A model generated the notes under the pieces. It was not told the DNA's origin. It worked only from the letters and a program-made list of their open reading frames with translations, and did not search any database. DNA of 64,000 nucleotides from the NCBI GenBank assembly GCA_963933835.1, contig CAWVVV010000001.1:256001-320000 (forward strand), in the 5' to 3' direction. Made by a program: the position numbers and the translations under genes. This DNA is from an uncultured Puniceicoccaceae bacterium (lineage in GTDB: Bacteria; Verrucomicrobiota; Verrucomicrobiia; Opitutales; Oceanipulchritudinaceae). Below, piece after piece: positions 1 through 10,200 of the stretch (position 1 is its first letter; every line of letters begins with the position of its first letter).

Positions 1-1
1 C

Positions 2-400
2 GATACGATACGAGTCCGCTCCATTCTCGGCCGCTATTTGGAGCATAGTCGCATCTATTACTTCGAAAATTCGGGAAGTGATAAACCAGATATCTACATC
101 GGCAGTGCAGACTGGATGTCGCGAAATTTCCACCGAAGAGTCGAGGTCGTCGTACCTGTTGAACAGGAAGACTTACGACAGCGCATCATAGAGGAGATTC
201 TTAGTTCCTACGCCCTCGATAACGTAGCCGCAGTACAACTACAATCGTCAGGGAACTACCGCAAAGTTTCTCAGCACCGGAGCAAAGCACCTTTCGACGT
301 GCAAAATCACTTACTCGAAGTCGCATCTCAGCGGCAAAAAGAAGCGATTTACATCCAAGAGCTTGAAGAACCCGCACAATCCGACCCCGCCGAGGCATAG
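2..400 (+). CDS. ppk1: Polyphosphate kinase 1, C-terminal part (truncated by window start)
   Basis: Frame open from position 2: IRVRSILGRYLEHSRIYYF...YIGSADWMSRNFHRRVEV, the PPK1 C-terminal PLD-like motifs. Confidence 0.95.
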   Translation, partial: DTIRVRSILGRYLEHSRIYYFENSGSDKPDIYIGSADWMSRNFHRRVEVVVPVEQEDLRQRIIEEILSSYALDNVAAVQLQSSGNYRKVSQHRSKAPFDVQNHLLEVASQRQKEAIYIQELEEPAQSDPAEA

Positions 401-488
401 TCTTCTGGATCACGAAAGGGAGCAAATCCGCCCTTTCCTCTTCCTCTCGACTTGCCACCTGCTGTAAGGGGCGTCTCACTACGCCTCT

Positions 489-1091
489 GTGAAACAGAAT
501 ATCGTCACTCTCGACATGGAGGGGGTCCTCACCCCGGAAGTTTGGATTAATGTAGCCCAGCGCACCGGCATCGAAGGCCTCTTACGCACGACTCGTGACG
601 AGCCAGACTACGATGTCCTGATGCAGTATCGCCTCGATCTCCTCGACAAGCACGGCATCACGATCACTCAGATTCAGGAAGTGATCGCGGAACTCCCTCT
701 TTTGGACGGCTGTATTGAGTTTCTCGACGCCCTCCGGTCAGAGGTTCAGCTCATCATTCTCTCCGATACCTTTGAGCAATTCGCCACGCCATTCCTCAAG
801 CAAATGAAATGGCCGACCGTTTTCTGCCACCAGCTCATCATTGAGAATGACTGCATCACCGGTTATAAGCTACGCCAGCCAGACCAAAAACGCCAGGCAG
901 TGAAGGCCCTCCACGGGCTCAACTACAATGTCATCGCGGCAGGCGACTCGTTCAACGACACGACCATGCTGAGCGAAGCTGACCACGGGTTTCTCTTTCA
1001 CGCCCCGCAAAACGTCATCGATCAGTTCCCGCAATATCCAGCGTTGAACACCTACGACGAGCTCCTCGCCGCCATCCGTAGCGGTTATTGA
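489..1091 (+). CDS. thrH: Phosphoserine phosphatase/homoserine phosphotransferase (HAD family)
   Basis: LDMEGVLTPEVW, TTRDEPDYDVLM, ILSDTF and AAGDSFNDTTML motifs. Confidence 0.93.
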   Translation: MKQNIVTLDMEGVLTPEVWINVAQRTGIEGLLRTTRDEPDYDVLMQYRLDLLDKHGITITQIQEVIAELPLLDGCIEFLDALRSEVQLIILSDTFEQFATPFLKQMKWPTVFCHQLIIENDCITGYKLRQPDQKRQAVKALHGLNYNVIAAGDSFNDTTMLSEADHGFLFHAPQNVIDQFPQYPALNTYDELLAAIRSGY

Positions 1092-1585
1092 GCAGGTGAG
1101 CCCGCCTCTGTGCTCGCTGAAGTTAGACGTATATACACTTCGTCGGCTTCTTTCGCGTAACGCGCCAAGTCTTCTTTACACTTAGCGAGGATCTCTTCGC
1201 TCTGAAGTAGATAGAGACGATCGTTGTGGATGACAAAAATCTCCGGATCGCCACCGGTCGCAGCTGCCCCATTCTCGCTCACACAGTAGCCACAGTAGCC
1301 ACCATAAGCCGGGGCATATTTTTCAGGATTTTCCGCAAAGCGCTTTTGATGGGAGGCGTTCGAAAAATACCAGTAGGCCCCTTGCCATTCCTGGCGAAAG
1401 ATCGAGCGTCCCTGCACCGCTTCCCCTGAAACAAAATAGGCCACGGCGTCATAGCCGCTGATCGCCACATCCGTCTGGCCATTCACCTCGGCCACACTCA
1501 CGGGGTGGAAGCCAAACAGGGGCACGGTCACAAGAGCCGTAATCAAGAAGAGGAAAATACGAAATCGGGAATAGATCGTTATCAT
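1085..1585 (-). CDS. Secreted YHS-domain protein
   Basis: Signal-like N-terminus; AISGYDAVAYF, F..NPEKYAPAYGGYC motifs. Confidence 0.85.
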   Translation of the reverse strand: MITIYSRFRIFLFLITALVTVPLFGFHPVSVAEVNGQTDVAISGYDAVAYFVSGEAVQGRSIFRQEWQGAYWYFSNASHQKRFAENPEKYAPAYGGYCGYCVSENGAAATGGDPEIFVIHNDRLYLLQSEEILAKCKEDLARYAKEADEVYIRLTSASTEAGSPAQ

Positions 1586-1709
1586 GAGGATGAAAAGTCT
1601 TCCTCACGCTCGAGCTAAACGCCACTCGTTTTTCCATATAAGGCGCACGGATACCTTTTGCCTTGTCACCCTAAGTGCAATCCGGCACTCCCAATTAAAC
1701 TATTTAGAC

Positions 1710-1955
1710 ATGGAATCGGACAAATTCAACGACTACATCGGAAAGCCTTTTATCGCGTTCAGCATTCTCAGCACGCTGCTCGTCTGGTGCTTTTTCACCT
1801 ACTTTCTCACTGCCTTTGTTCCGACTGAATCGATGCCATGGATGTATGTCCTGAGCGGTTTCACTGCCACCCCGCTCGCAGGCGTTTACTGCATTGCGAG
1901 CTTCATGTTCTGGCTCGTTGTTAAAGAGCAGCGCGAAGCGAAACTGAACGCTTAA
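1710..1955 (+). CDS. Small two-TM hypothetical membrane protein
   Basis: ATG at 1710 (MESDKFNDY...) followed by two hydrophobic helices. Confidence 0.65.
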   Translation: MESDKFNDYIGKPFIAFSILSTLLVWCFFTYFLTAFVPTESMPWMYVLSGFTATPLAGVYCIASFMFWLVVKEQREAKLNA

Positions 1956-2097
1956 GCGCGCAATTAGCGCGATAAATGGGGCTTACCCCCCAAGGAAAGG
2001 CTCTCTAATGCAAGAGATGAGCCCAACTCCTTAAACCCGACCCGTGATCGGGCGATGTTCCAATGAGACTGACTGCACACATGCAGTGGCTCTGCCC

Positions 2098-3066
2098 ATG
2101 TCGGAACAACCTCCATTACATCGCCACTATCGGATCCCGGATCTCAGCTTCCGCGACTTCTGGGATATCTGTCGCCAATATCAGCGCCTTCGTCCGAAAT
2201 ATCGCTGCATCCTCTATAGTGTCGAAGGCTTTGGAAGCCAACTCGTCGAAAACGAATCTGATGTTTCCGTCGTTCTCCAAGCGATTGCGAAAAACCAAAA
2301 TCAGGTTCGTCGATTCACCGCCCGATTTTATCTATCAGCCTTGTCCGAGCCCGGAGACTACGGTAACTCGAAACTGGAATATCTTCCCGAGATTGTTGAT
2401 TTTCTCCCAGCAGGCCTTCACTTCTACAGCCCGGACGACGACAAACTCATCCTCTACAAGCTCGAAGACTACATCTTCAACAGCTACTATATCGAGGAAG
2501 AGCTGAACCGTAACGTCGAGTATGGTATGCCTTGTGAAGTCCTCACGGCGGTCATCGATATGCGGGGCTTCAGTTCCTTTTGTGAGCAGGCAAACATCGA
2601 GTCGCCCTACACTTGTGGTCTCATGACGGCCTTCTAAGGGATGGTACATGATGGATTTAAGCGCTACCCACCGGAGTTGGTTAAGTTCCTTGGCGACGGC
2701 GTTCTTGCGATTAGGCAAACAACCGCACGCGATCGGGAAGTCGCGATTGAAGCCTGCATCAACGGCATCCTTGAGCTCGCTCCAAAGTGGGAACAAATCA
2801 TCCGTGGTCCAGAGTTCAGCCATGGTGCCCCTTCCGGCATCGGTGCAGGCATAAGCTTTGGCCTCGCGAGTAAGATTTCAATCGGGAACGACTACCTCGG
2901 CCGCCCAATCAATTTAGCCAGTCGCCTCTGCGGCGTCTGTCCGCCAAGTACTCTTTACATCGACTCTGCAGTGCCCGAAATCGCAGGCCGCGAAGGCGTC
3001 AAAAGCACGAGCGTTCGTCTCAAGAGCTTCGGAGATAGAAAGACCTGGATGCTTCTCAGCAACTAA
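2098..3066 (+). pseudogene. Class III adenylate/guanylate cyclase interrupted by in-frame TAA at 2635-2637
   Basis: ORFs 2044-2637 and 2641-3066 are in the same frame; IDMRGFS precedes the stop, KFLGDG and DYLGRPINLASRL follow it. Confidence 0.8.
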
Positions 3067-3078
3067 GACTTCTCAGCC

Positions 3079-3927
3079 CTACAGCGTATCATCCTCAGGC
3101 GTCATAGCGTGCTCAGCTTCGCGTCGGCGCTCCACCTTCCCGCCGACAAAAATCGACAGCTCATAGAGCACGTAGAGCGGGATTGCCAAAAAGAGGAACG
3201 TGATCGGGTCAGGCGTCGGTGTTACGACAGCCGACAAAACGAGGAAGGCTATGATGGCATGGCGCCGGTAGTTCTTCAGCATCACGGTTGTGGCAACCCC
3301 CATGTGGATGAGCAGTAGTAGAACGAGCGGAAACTCGAAAGCCGCACCGACCCCCATCGTCGCCCACATCAAGAGTCCGTAGTAACTCGATGCATCGATC
3401 AAAAGTTCAAAGCCGAACATCTGCGAGAACATCACCGAGGCGCGCAGACCCGCTGGTAGTAAAATCCAGAAGCTGAAAGATGCCCCCGCAAGAAACAGGA
3501 CAAAGGCCGCGAGACTACCGGGAAGAAGCATGCGTCGCTCTTTCAAGGTCAGCCCTGGCGCGATAAACTTCCCCAAGAAGAGGAGCATAAAGGGCAGCGA
3601 GATCGACAGTCCCCCAAGAAAGAAGAGCTGAAGCATGACCGAAAACACGCCCATGAAGCCCCGGATATAGAGCGTATCGTCGACGCCCTCTTGTCCACGC
3701 AGGGCAAATTCGTAGGGCCAACGCAAAAGATCGGCGAACTGGAAGACAAAAACCCCAACCAAAAGACACGAGAGGAGAAAGACTCCAAAGCACTTCGCGA
3801 TCACCCAGCGAAGCTCCTCGAGATGGTCTAAAAAGCTCATCTCGACCGCAGCGCTGTCAATCGGCTCGGCAGGCGCAATCGCTTTCGAGTCTACATTTTG
3901 ATTCTCTTCGTCGGGTAGAATTGCCAT
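3079..3927 (-). CDS. tatC: Twin-arginine translocase subunit TatC
   Basis: MSFLDHLEELR, FEFP, RRHAII, TPTPDP, LYELSI motifs. Confidence 0.96.
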   Translation of the reverse strand: MAILPDEENQNVDSKAIAPAEPIDSAAVEMSFLDHLEELRWVIAKCFGVFLLSCLLVGVFVFQFADLLRWPYEFALRGQEGVDDTLYIRGFMGVFSVMLQLFFLGGLSISLPFMLLFLGKFIAPGLTLKERRMLLPGSLAAFVLFLAGASFSFWILLPAGLRASVMFSQMFGFELLIDASSYYGLLMWATMGVGAAFEFPLVLLLLIHMGVATTVMLKNYRRHAIIAFLVLSAVVTPTPDPITFLFLAIPLYVLYELSIFVGGKVERRREAEHAMTPEDDTL

Positions 3928-4087
3928 CGGATCGTCGAGTCAAGATGGCGACTGCAACTTACAGCGCAAGCACGCGGTCTTGTCATTGACAGCTCAATGC
4001 CGAGAGCCAAATTTACGCGCTAGCTTTATCCCAATTTGTAGCGACCCCTAAAAGTCGCAAATCCTCTATACTATCCATACACTCAAA

Positions 4088-6835
4088 ATGCCCAAAAAAG
4101 TTAATAAAAAGTCCATTCCGGCCAAAAAGAAGGCCGTTAAAGCGACAAAGTATGTCTACGCGTTCGGAGCAAAAACTGACGGCGACACGACAATGAAGAC
4201 CCTTCTCGGAGGCAAAGGAGCAAATCTCGCGGAGATGGCTCGCATCGGCTTACCGGTGCCTCCTGGGTTCACTATCACGACAGGCGTCTGCACCTACTAC
4301 TACGATAATAAGCGCAAATACCCTAAGACCCTCGTCGCTGAAGTTAAGGCCTCCGTCGCCCGAGTTGAAAAGGAAGTCGGTAAGAAATTTGGCGATTTGA
4401 AGAATCCACTTCTGTTCTCGGTGCGCTCCGGTGCACGAGAATCTATGCCCGGCATGATGGATACGATTTTGAACCTTGGCCTCAATGACAAGACCGTCAA
4501 AGCCCTCGCCGATAAGAGTGGCAACGAAGCCTTTGCCTACGATTGCTACCGTCGTTTCATCCAGATGTACGGCGACGTCGTCATGGGCGTCCAACCCAAG
4601 GACGACACCGAAGCGGAACCCTTTGAGCACGTCCTCGAAACTCTAAAGAAAGAAGTCGATGTCGAACTCGACAGCGACCTCACGGCTAACAATCTCCGCG
4701 AGCTCATCAAGCGCTACCAAGTCCTGATCAAAAAGTATACCGGCGACGCTTTCCCTCAAGATCCATACAAACAACTATGGGGAGCGGTCAGTGCCGTTTT
4801 CGGTTCTTGGCAAAACGAGCGAGCAACTATTTACCGCCAGAAATACGGTATCCCTGCTGCGTGGGGCACCGCCGTGAATGTGCAAGCAATGGTCTTCGGC
4901 AACATGGGTGAGGACTCCGCAACCGGAGTCGCCTTTACGCGAGATCCCGCAAATGGCGAAAAAGTGTTCTATGGGGAATATCTAATCAACGCCCAAGGTG
5001 AAGACGTCGTCGCAGGCGTGCGCACACCGAAACCGATCGCGCAACTCGCAGATGAAATGCCCAAGGGGCACAAAGAGCTCGAGGTCATTCGCAAGAAGCT
5101 CGAAAGGCACTTTCGTGATATGCAGGACTTCGAATTCACGATCGAGAACAAGCAGCTCTACATGCTCCAAACGCGCAACGGCAAGCGGACTGGCTTAGCT
5201 GCCGTGCGCATCGCGGTGGAGATGACAAAAGAACGTCTCATGACTGAAAAAACAGCGGTGACCAAGATCCCCGCTGAGTCGATCGATAGCTTACTCGTTC
5301 CCGTCTTCAATCCAGCTGCAGTTAAAGCTGCAAAAACGATCGGCACTGGCCTACCGGCAGGACCCGGCGCTGCTTCAGGGCATATCGCTTTTTCCGCCGC
5401 TGCAGCCGAACGCTCAGTCAAGGACGGCAAGAAGGTCGTGCTTTGTCGCCAGGAAACATCTCCTGAAGACCTTAAAGGCATGATCGCCTCCGAAGGCATT
5501 TTGACAAGTCGCGGTGGCGTCAGCTCACACGCAGCTCTTGTTGCCCGTCAAATGGGTAAAGTCTGTATCTGCGGAGCCTCTGAAATCAAAATCAACTACG
5601 CCAAGAAGACACTGACTGCAGGTAAAACTGTCCTCAGGGAAGGCGACTTCATTTCGATCGATGGCACTGCGGGAACAATCTTCTCTGGCCAAATCGAAAC
5701 GAGTGACTCAGAAGTGCAGCAAGTTCTCGCCGGAAAGCTCAAAGCGAGCAAAAGCTATACGTATCAGCTTTTCAATACAGTCATGGGCTGGGCTGACAAA
5801 TACCGCAAACTAGGTGTTCGGACCAACGCCGACTCCCCTGCCCTCGCACAAGCAGCCATCACCTACGGAGCTGAAGGCATCGGACTTTGCCGCACAGAAC
5901 ACATGTTCTTCGAAGGCGACCGGATTGATTACATGCGCCAAATGATTTTGGCCGGGGAAGAAAAGGATCGCCGAGCAGCGTTGAAAAAGCTGCTTCCGTT
6001 CCAACGCAGAGACTTCAAAGGCCTCTTCAAATCGATGGCAGGCTTGCCGGTCACCATTCGCCTCCTCGACCCACCGCTGCACGAATTCGTCCCACACGAC
6101 GACGCTGCACGTCGTGAGCTCGCAGAGAAGCTCAATCTAAAGCCCGACTACATTGCCGAACGCATTCGTGCACTGCATGAAGAGAATCCGATGCTTGGAC
6201 ACCGTGGCTGCCGCCTAGGTATTTCATATCCGGAAATCACCGAAATGCAGTCACGCGCCATCTTTGAAGCCGCTGCAGCACTGCTCACGCAGAAGAAGCC
6301 AATCGATGTTCAGCCCGAAGTGATGATCCCACTTGTTGGTTTCAAGCAGGAGTTAGCTAACCAAATCGCGATCGTTCGCCGCGTCGCCGACGAAGTGATG
6401 AAAGCGAAGGGGGTAAAAATTCGCTATACAGTTGGCACCATGATTGAGATCCCACGCGCCGCTATCACTGCTGACGAAATCGCTGAAATCGCCGACTTCT
6501 TCAGCTTCGGAACAAACGACCTGACTCAGACAACGCTTGGCCTCAGCCGCGACGATATGGGTTCATTCTTCGATAAGTATAAAGAAGAAGACATCTTCGC
6601 ACAGAACCCATTCGCCAGCCTCGATCAAAGCGGCGTCGGCAAGGTTGTCGAAATTGCCGTCGAGAAAGGCCGCTCGGTAAAGAAGAATTTGAAACTCGGC
6701 ATCTGCGGAGAGCATGGGGGCGACCCATCTTCAATCAACTTCTTCCACCAGGTTGGTTTAAACTATGTCAGTTGCTCACCACCGCGCGTCCCAGTAGCTC
6801 GCCTTGCTGCAGCTCAAGCAGCGCTCACAAATTAA
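4088..6835 (+). CDS. ppdK: Pyruvate, phosphate dikinase
   Basis: [36 protein letters not shown] (phospho-His), [30 protein letters not shown]. Confidence 0.98.
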   Translation: MPKKVNKKSIPAKKKAVKATKYVYAFGAKTDGDTTMKTLLGGKGANLAEMARIGLPVPPGFTITTGVCTYYYDNKRKYPKTLVAEVKASVARVEKEVGKKFGDLKNPLLFSVRSGARESMPGMMDTILNLGLNDKTVKALADKSGNEAFAYDCYRRFIQMYGDVVMGVQPKDDTEAEPFEHVLETLKKEVDVELDSDLTANNLRELIKRYQVLIKKYTGDAFPQDPYKQLWGAVSAVFGSWQNERATIYRQKYGIPAAWGTAVNVQAMVFGNMGEDSATGVAFTRDPANGEKVFYGEYLINAQGEDVVAGVRTPKPIAQLADEMPKGHKELEVIRKKLERHFRDMQDFEFTIENKQLYMLQTRNGKRTGLAAVRIAVEMTKERLMTEKTAVTKIPAESIDSLLVPVFNPAAVKAAKTIGTGLPAGPGAASGHIAFSAAAAERSVKDGKKVVLCRQETSPEDLKGMIASEGILTSRGGVSSHAALVARQMGKVCICGASEIKINYAKKTLTAGKTVLREGDFISIDGTAGTIFSGQIETSDSEVQQVLAGKLKASKSYTYQLFNTVMGWADKYRKLGVRTNADSPALAQAAITYGAEGIGLCRTEHMFFEGDRIDYMRQMILAGEEKDRRAALKKLLPFQRRDFKGLFKSMAGLPVTIRLLDPPLHEFVPHDDAARRELAEKLNLKPDYIAERIRALHEENPMLGHRGCRLGISYPEITEMQSRAIFEAAAALLTQKKPIDVQPEVMIPLVGFKQELANQIAIVRRVADEVMKAKGVKIRYTVGTMIEIPRAAITADEIAEIADFFSFGTNDLTQTTLGLSRDDMGSFFDKYKEEDIFAQNPFASLDQSGVGKVVEIAVEKGRSVKKNLKLGICGEHGGDPSSINFFHQVGLNYVSCSPPRVPVARLAAAQAALTN

Positions 6836-6869
6836 CGGTTTGTAAGCAAAAGTTTAACACCCTTCATAC

Positions 6870-6905
6870 GTCCTCCTTCGCCTCTGCGAAGGGGGACTTT
6901 TTATT
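6870..6905 (+). terminator. Intrinsic terminator after ppdK
   Basis: GTCCTCCTTCGC-ctct-GCGAAGGGGGAC hairpin followed by TTTTTATT. Confidence 0.8.
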
Positions 6906-7645
6906 GATTCAGATACAAAACGTCTTCCTGAAACCATTCTCCAGCCCCGAAGTCGTAAAACCATCGGCCACCCTCGGTATTCAGTAAAGAGCTCCCAGCG
7001 AGGTAAAAATACCATACGTCCGTCGGCTGGTGGTAAAACGTATCGCCCTAATCTCTGGATGTATAGACCCACCCTATCAGCTGATCGTAAAACCAATAGC
7101 TGTCCGTATTACCCTCTCCACTACAGTATACCCATTCATGTTCGATATGGTAGACCCAAGGGAAATAGACCCCGCTGAGCCAGCCGCTACCTAACCAATC
7201 GAGTTTATACCACACTCCATCTGCCGTCACCGCGGAAGGAAAGAATTCCATCACGAATGGATTAAAGCCCGTATAGCGGCCTTCTTGATTCATACCCTGT
7301 CGAAAACGGGGCCAAACCGATGTCGGGCTCAAAGCGTTTCCTCCCCCTTCAAAAGCGATGATTCGATTTCCATGCATCCCGAGATAGAGCGTTCCATCCG
7401 GAGCGATGTTGGGTGAAGAATCGTTGATCCCCGATAGGACTGAAGAAGTGACCGTGTTCCCGTCTGGCAAATTAACATCGGCCAAAATGACATCGAAATT
7501 CTGGCTCTCGGAGGTTTTCAACCTCCGAGAGCGTTCCGGCGGCCATGACCTCCGCTCCAGAAGCTTCCAAAGAAGCAACCAGTTCGCGGCGCCAAAGGAC
7601 TTCATCCTCTAACACCAAAATCTCCAAGCCGCTTAATCTACCCAT
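6901..7645 (-). pseudogene. Chimeric remnant: frameshifted response-regulator receiver N-terminus joined to the C-terminus of a PQQ-like beta-propeller/Trp-rich surface protein, with internal TAG
   Basis: From ATG 7645: MGRLSGLEILVLEDEVLWRRELVASLEASGAEV, frameshift, then FDVILADVNLPDGN; then SSPNIAPDGTLYLG...WPRFR...FPWVYHIEHEWVY; TAG at 7048-7050 and the same frame continues GDTFYHQPTDVWYFY...RWFYDFGAGEW to TAA at 6901. Confidence 0.75.
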
Positions 7646-7659
7646 GACGCAAGGTATCT

Positions 7660-7692
7660 AAAACAAAAACGCCGAGGTCAAACCTCGGCGTT
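7660..7692 (-). terminator. Intrinsic terminator after the small basic protein gene
   Basis: AACGCCGAGG-tcaaa-CCTCGGCGTT perfect stem with an A-tract on its left (U-tract on the minus strand). Confidence 0.8.
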
Positions 7693-7717
7693 ATCATATA
7701 AAAATCTATTGAGAGGA

Positions 7718-7924
7718 TTACTCTTTAACAGCCGTCGCAGTAGCCGTCCCTACCGGTTCGGCTTCTTCGAGACGCTTTGCCTCGCGAAGAGCGAACAATC
7801 CGCTCTCACGGTATTGCTTCTTGCGCTTAGCAAGATGTCGGAGCCGGTGAGCGTTAGGCTTCTTACCGGGGGCTTTAGTCTTGGATCGGCGTTTGCCGTA
7901 AAAAGGAGAATTACGTCCACTCAT
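7718..7924 (-). CDS. Small basic hypothetical protein (68 aa)
   Basis: MSGRNSPFYGKRRSKTKAPGKKPNAHRLRHLAKRKKQYRE...; followed by its own terminator. Confidence 0.65.
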   Translation of the reverse strand: MSGRNSPFYGKRRSKTKAPGKKPNAHRLRHLAKRKKQYRESGLFALREAKRLEEAEPVGTATATAVKE

Positions 7925-8005
7925 GGTTTCTGGATTTCTTGGGTGAAAACCTCTACTGCCAACAAGACACAGCAACGTCGGCAAGAAAAATGACACAATT
8001 ACCGA

Positions 8006-8419
8006 CTAATCGACGGCAGTGACACTGATTTTCACATCCTCTTCGGCGGTGTAAGAAGCATCGATGACCTGAACCATAAGGCCAGACAACGCGTTGCGCT
8101 GAACTTCGAGAATGACAGGCACATCATCACGGCTGAGGACATCGCGAACGATCTTCTCCACCTGATTCATCGTTACCTGGTCGTCTTTATAGAGGACTTG
8201 GCCGTTCGCTTGGATATTAAATACGATCGGATCGCTCTTCGGCTCATTCTCCGTCTCAGGTGGCTTAGGCTGTGGCTTATCGATTTTGATACCGATTTCG
8301 TCAACGAAGACGGTGGTCACGATAAAGAAAATGAGAAGGATGAAGACCATATCAATCATCGGGGAGATGTTGATGTCTGTATTGTCTTCAGCTTGTTTGA
8401 TCCGACGATGACGGCTCAT
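8006..8419 (-). CDS. exbD: ExbD/TolR family protein
   Basis: INISPMIDMVFILLIFFIVTT signature. Confidence 0.92.
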   Translation of the reverse strand: MSRHRRIKQAEDNTDINISPMIDMVFILLIFFIVTTVFVDEIGIKIDKPQPKPPETENEPKSDPIVFNIQANGQVLYKDDQVTMNQVEKIVRDVLSRDDVPVILEVQRNALSGLMVQVIDASYTAEEDVKISVTAVD

Positions 8420-8495
8420 AAAATTTTAAGGGGTTGTAGGGGTGTAAGAAAATGAATGCGCCCAGAGAGGTGAATCATCAAGGAAATTAAACATC

Positions 8496-10109
8496 TCAAG
8501 TCGCTCGTTTTGTCGCGAAAATATAGGATGAGGCGAAAAGCAATGCAGCCCCCACGACGATGACAAGACCCGGTATAGGCAACCAAAAGAGCGGAACAAA
8601 ACCCAAGAAAAGCGCTGCTCCTCCAGCGAGGAGAGCATATGGAAACTGTGTTTTCACATGCTCATGCGGTTCTATTCCACACGCGATGGACGAAACAATC
8701 GTCGTATCAGACAACGGTGAACAGTGATCACCAAAGACGGCGCCACTAAAGACTGCTGCCACAATTCCAGAAAGACCGAAGCGCAATGCAGCGTCGTCCA
8801 TCTCGGAGCCCAAACCGAAGAAAAGTGGGATCGATAAGGGCATGACCAAAGCCATCGTTCCCCAAGAAGTTCCCGTCGTGAAACTGATCACAGAGGCTGC
8901 AACAAAAACGACCGCGGGCAAAAGCTTCACAGAAACGGCTCCCTCAAGTAATGCAGATAAAACGTCACCCGCCTGAAGCTCTCCGATCACGCTTCCGAGA
9001 ACCCATACCGCAACCAAGATCAATGCCGGTTTAAAGAGCGCCAGCACGCCATTCTCAAAGGCCTCCATCCCCGCACTGATTCCACCACGGGAGCGAGGGA
9101 AGACAATGAGCGCTCCGACCACTCCAATTATGCTCGCCCACACCATAACGATCGCCGCGTTTGAAGCACCAAACGCAGCCGCGAGGAGCTTTAAGCCCGA
9201 CAGCTCGGAGCCGTTCTCTCCGAGTCGTTGAAAGCCATCCCAAACGATACCGCCAATGACCGAAAATATCAGCAAGGCGAGGGGTCCGAAGAAGCGCCAG
9301 CGTCCCACCGTGCTCTCTTCGCCATCGGTCGTTTGAGCCAAAGGCTCTAGCTCACTCGGCGCAACCGCTTGCGCGGACTTCATTGGCCCTATGTTCCACT
9401 GTCGATAAATCGCTACCACCAATAAGATTAACGCGAACCAACAGTAAAAATTAACCGGAATGGACGAAAAATAGACCGAATACGGATCAGCGAACCCTTC
9501 TCGGCCGGCCTCGATCATACCCTCTCGTATCTGACTCAGTTGAAAAGCTATCCATGTTGAAATGAAGGCGATACAAGCGACCGCTGCACTCGTCGTATCG
9601 ACGATATAAGCAAGCCGCTCGCGAGCGACCCCACAACGGTCAGCTAGGCCTCGAAACAGACGACCGACCATCAATGAGTTTGCCAACCCGTCAAAGAAGC
9701 AGATCAGGCCAAATCCCATCGCCGCGCCTTCGAGTCGGCGTCTAGAACCTTGATCAGCAACGCGTCCGAGCCATGCATCCAAAGCGCCCGATTTTTCAAG
9801 AATTGCTGCAAATCCCCCCAAAAGAAGGGTAAAAACCAGAGCGCCGACATTCCACAAGCTGCCGAATTTAGGTAGAAAATGAATTTCGACGAGTGAGACG
9901 AAAGCGAGCGCAGGGTTCCCATTACTTAAAAGAATCGCTCCGCTCAAAGCCCCAACCAACAGGGCAATCACGACCCGCCGGAAAAGGACCACCATCGCCA
10001 AGGCAAGAAACGATGGCCAAAGCGCGGCAAGCTCACCGCCAAAAAACAACATGCCCCACGTGGCTGCAAAGAGAACGAGAGCGAGAGCAGTCTTCCAGTC
10101 TTTAAACAT
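8496..10109 (-). CDS. NhaC-family Na+/H+ antiporter-like transporter
   Basis: RERLAYIVDTTSA, SFTTGTSWGT, GAVFGDHCSPLSDTTIVSS, HVKTQFPYA motifs. Confidence 0.9.
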   Translation of the reverse strand: MFKDWKTALALVLFAATWGMLFFGGELAALWPSFLALAMVVLFRRVVIALLVGALSGAILLSNGNPALAFVSLVEIHFLPKFGSLWNVGALVFTLLLGGFAAILEKSGALDAWLGRVADQGSRRRLEGAAMGFGLICFFDGLANSLMVGRLFRGLADRCGVARERLAYIVDTTSAAVACIAFISTWIAFQLSQIREGMIEAGREGFADPYSVYFSSIPVNFYCWFALILLVVAIYRQWNIGPMKSAQAVAPSELEPLAQTTDGEESTVGRWRFFGPLALLIFSVIGGIVWDGFQRLGENGSELSGLKLLAAAFGASNAAIVMVWASIIGVVGALIVFPRSRGGISAGMEAFENGVLALFKPALILVAVWVLGSVIGELQAGDVLSALLEGAVSVKLLPAVVFVAASVISFTTGTSWGTMALVMPLSIPLFFGLGSEMDDAALRFGLSGIVAAVFSGAVFGDHCSPLSDTTIVSSIACGIEPHEHVKTQFPYALLAGGAALFLGFVPLFWLPIPGLVIVVGAALLFASSYIFATKRAT

Positions 10110-10200
10110 TAGTTAGTTACGATGATAAGGACTCGCTCGGTGGCAAGTTTAGCGCTTACCGATTGCATGCATTGAGGGAATACCAAACTGTCCCCCCCCT

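Noticed and set aside
2010..2065. Fluoride riboswitch-like GAGATG...AAACC...GATG
   Set aside because: The pseudoknot partner is missing and there is no fluoride-related gene downstream
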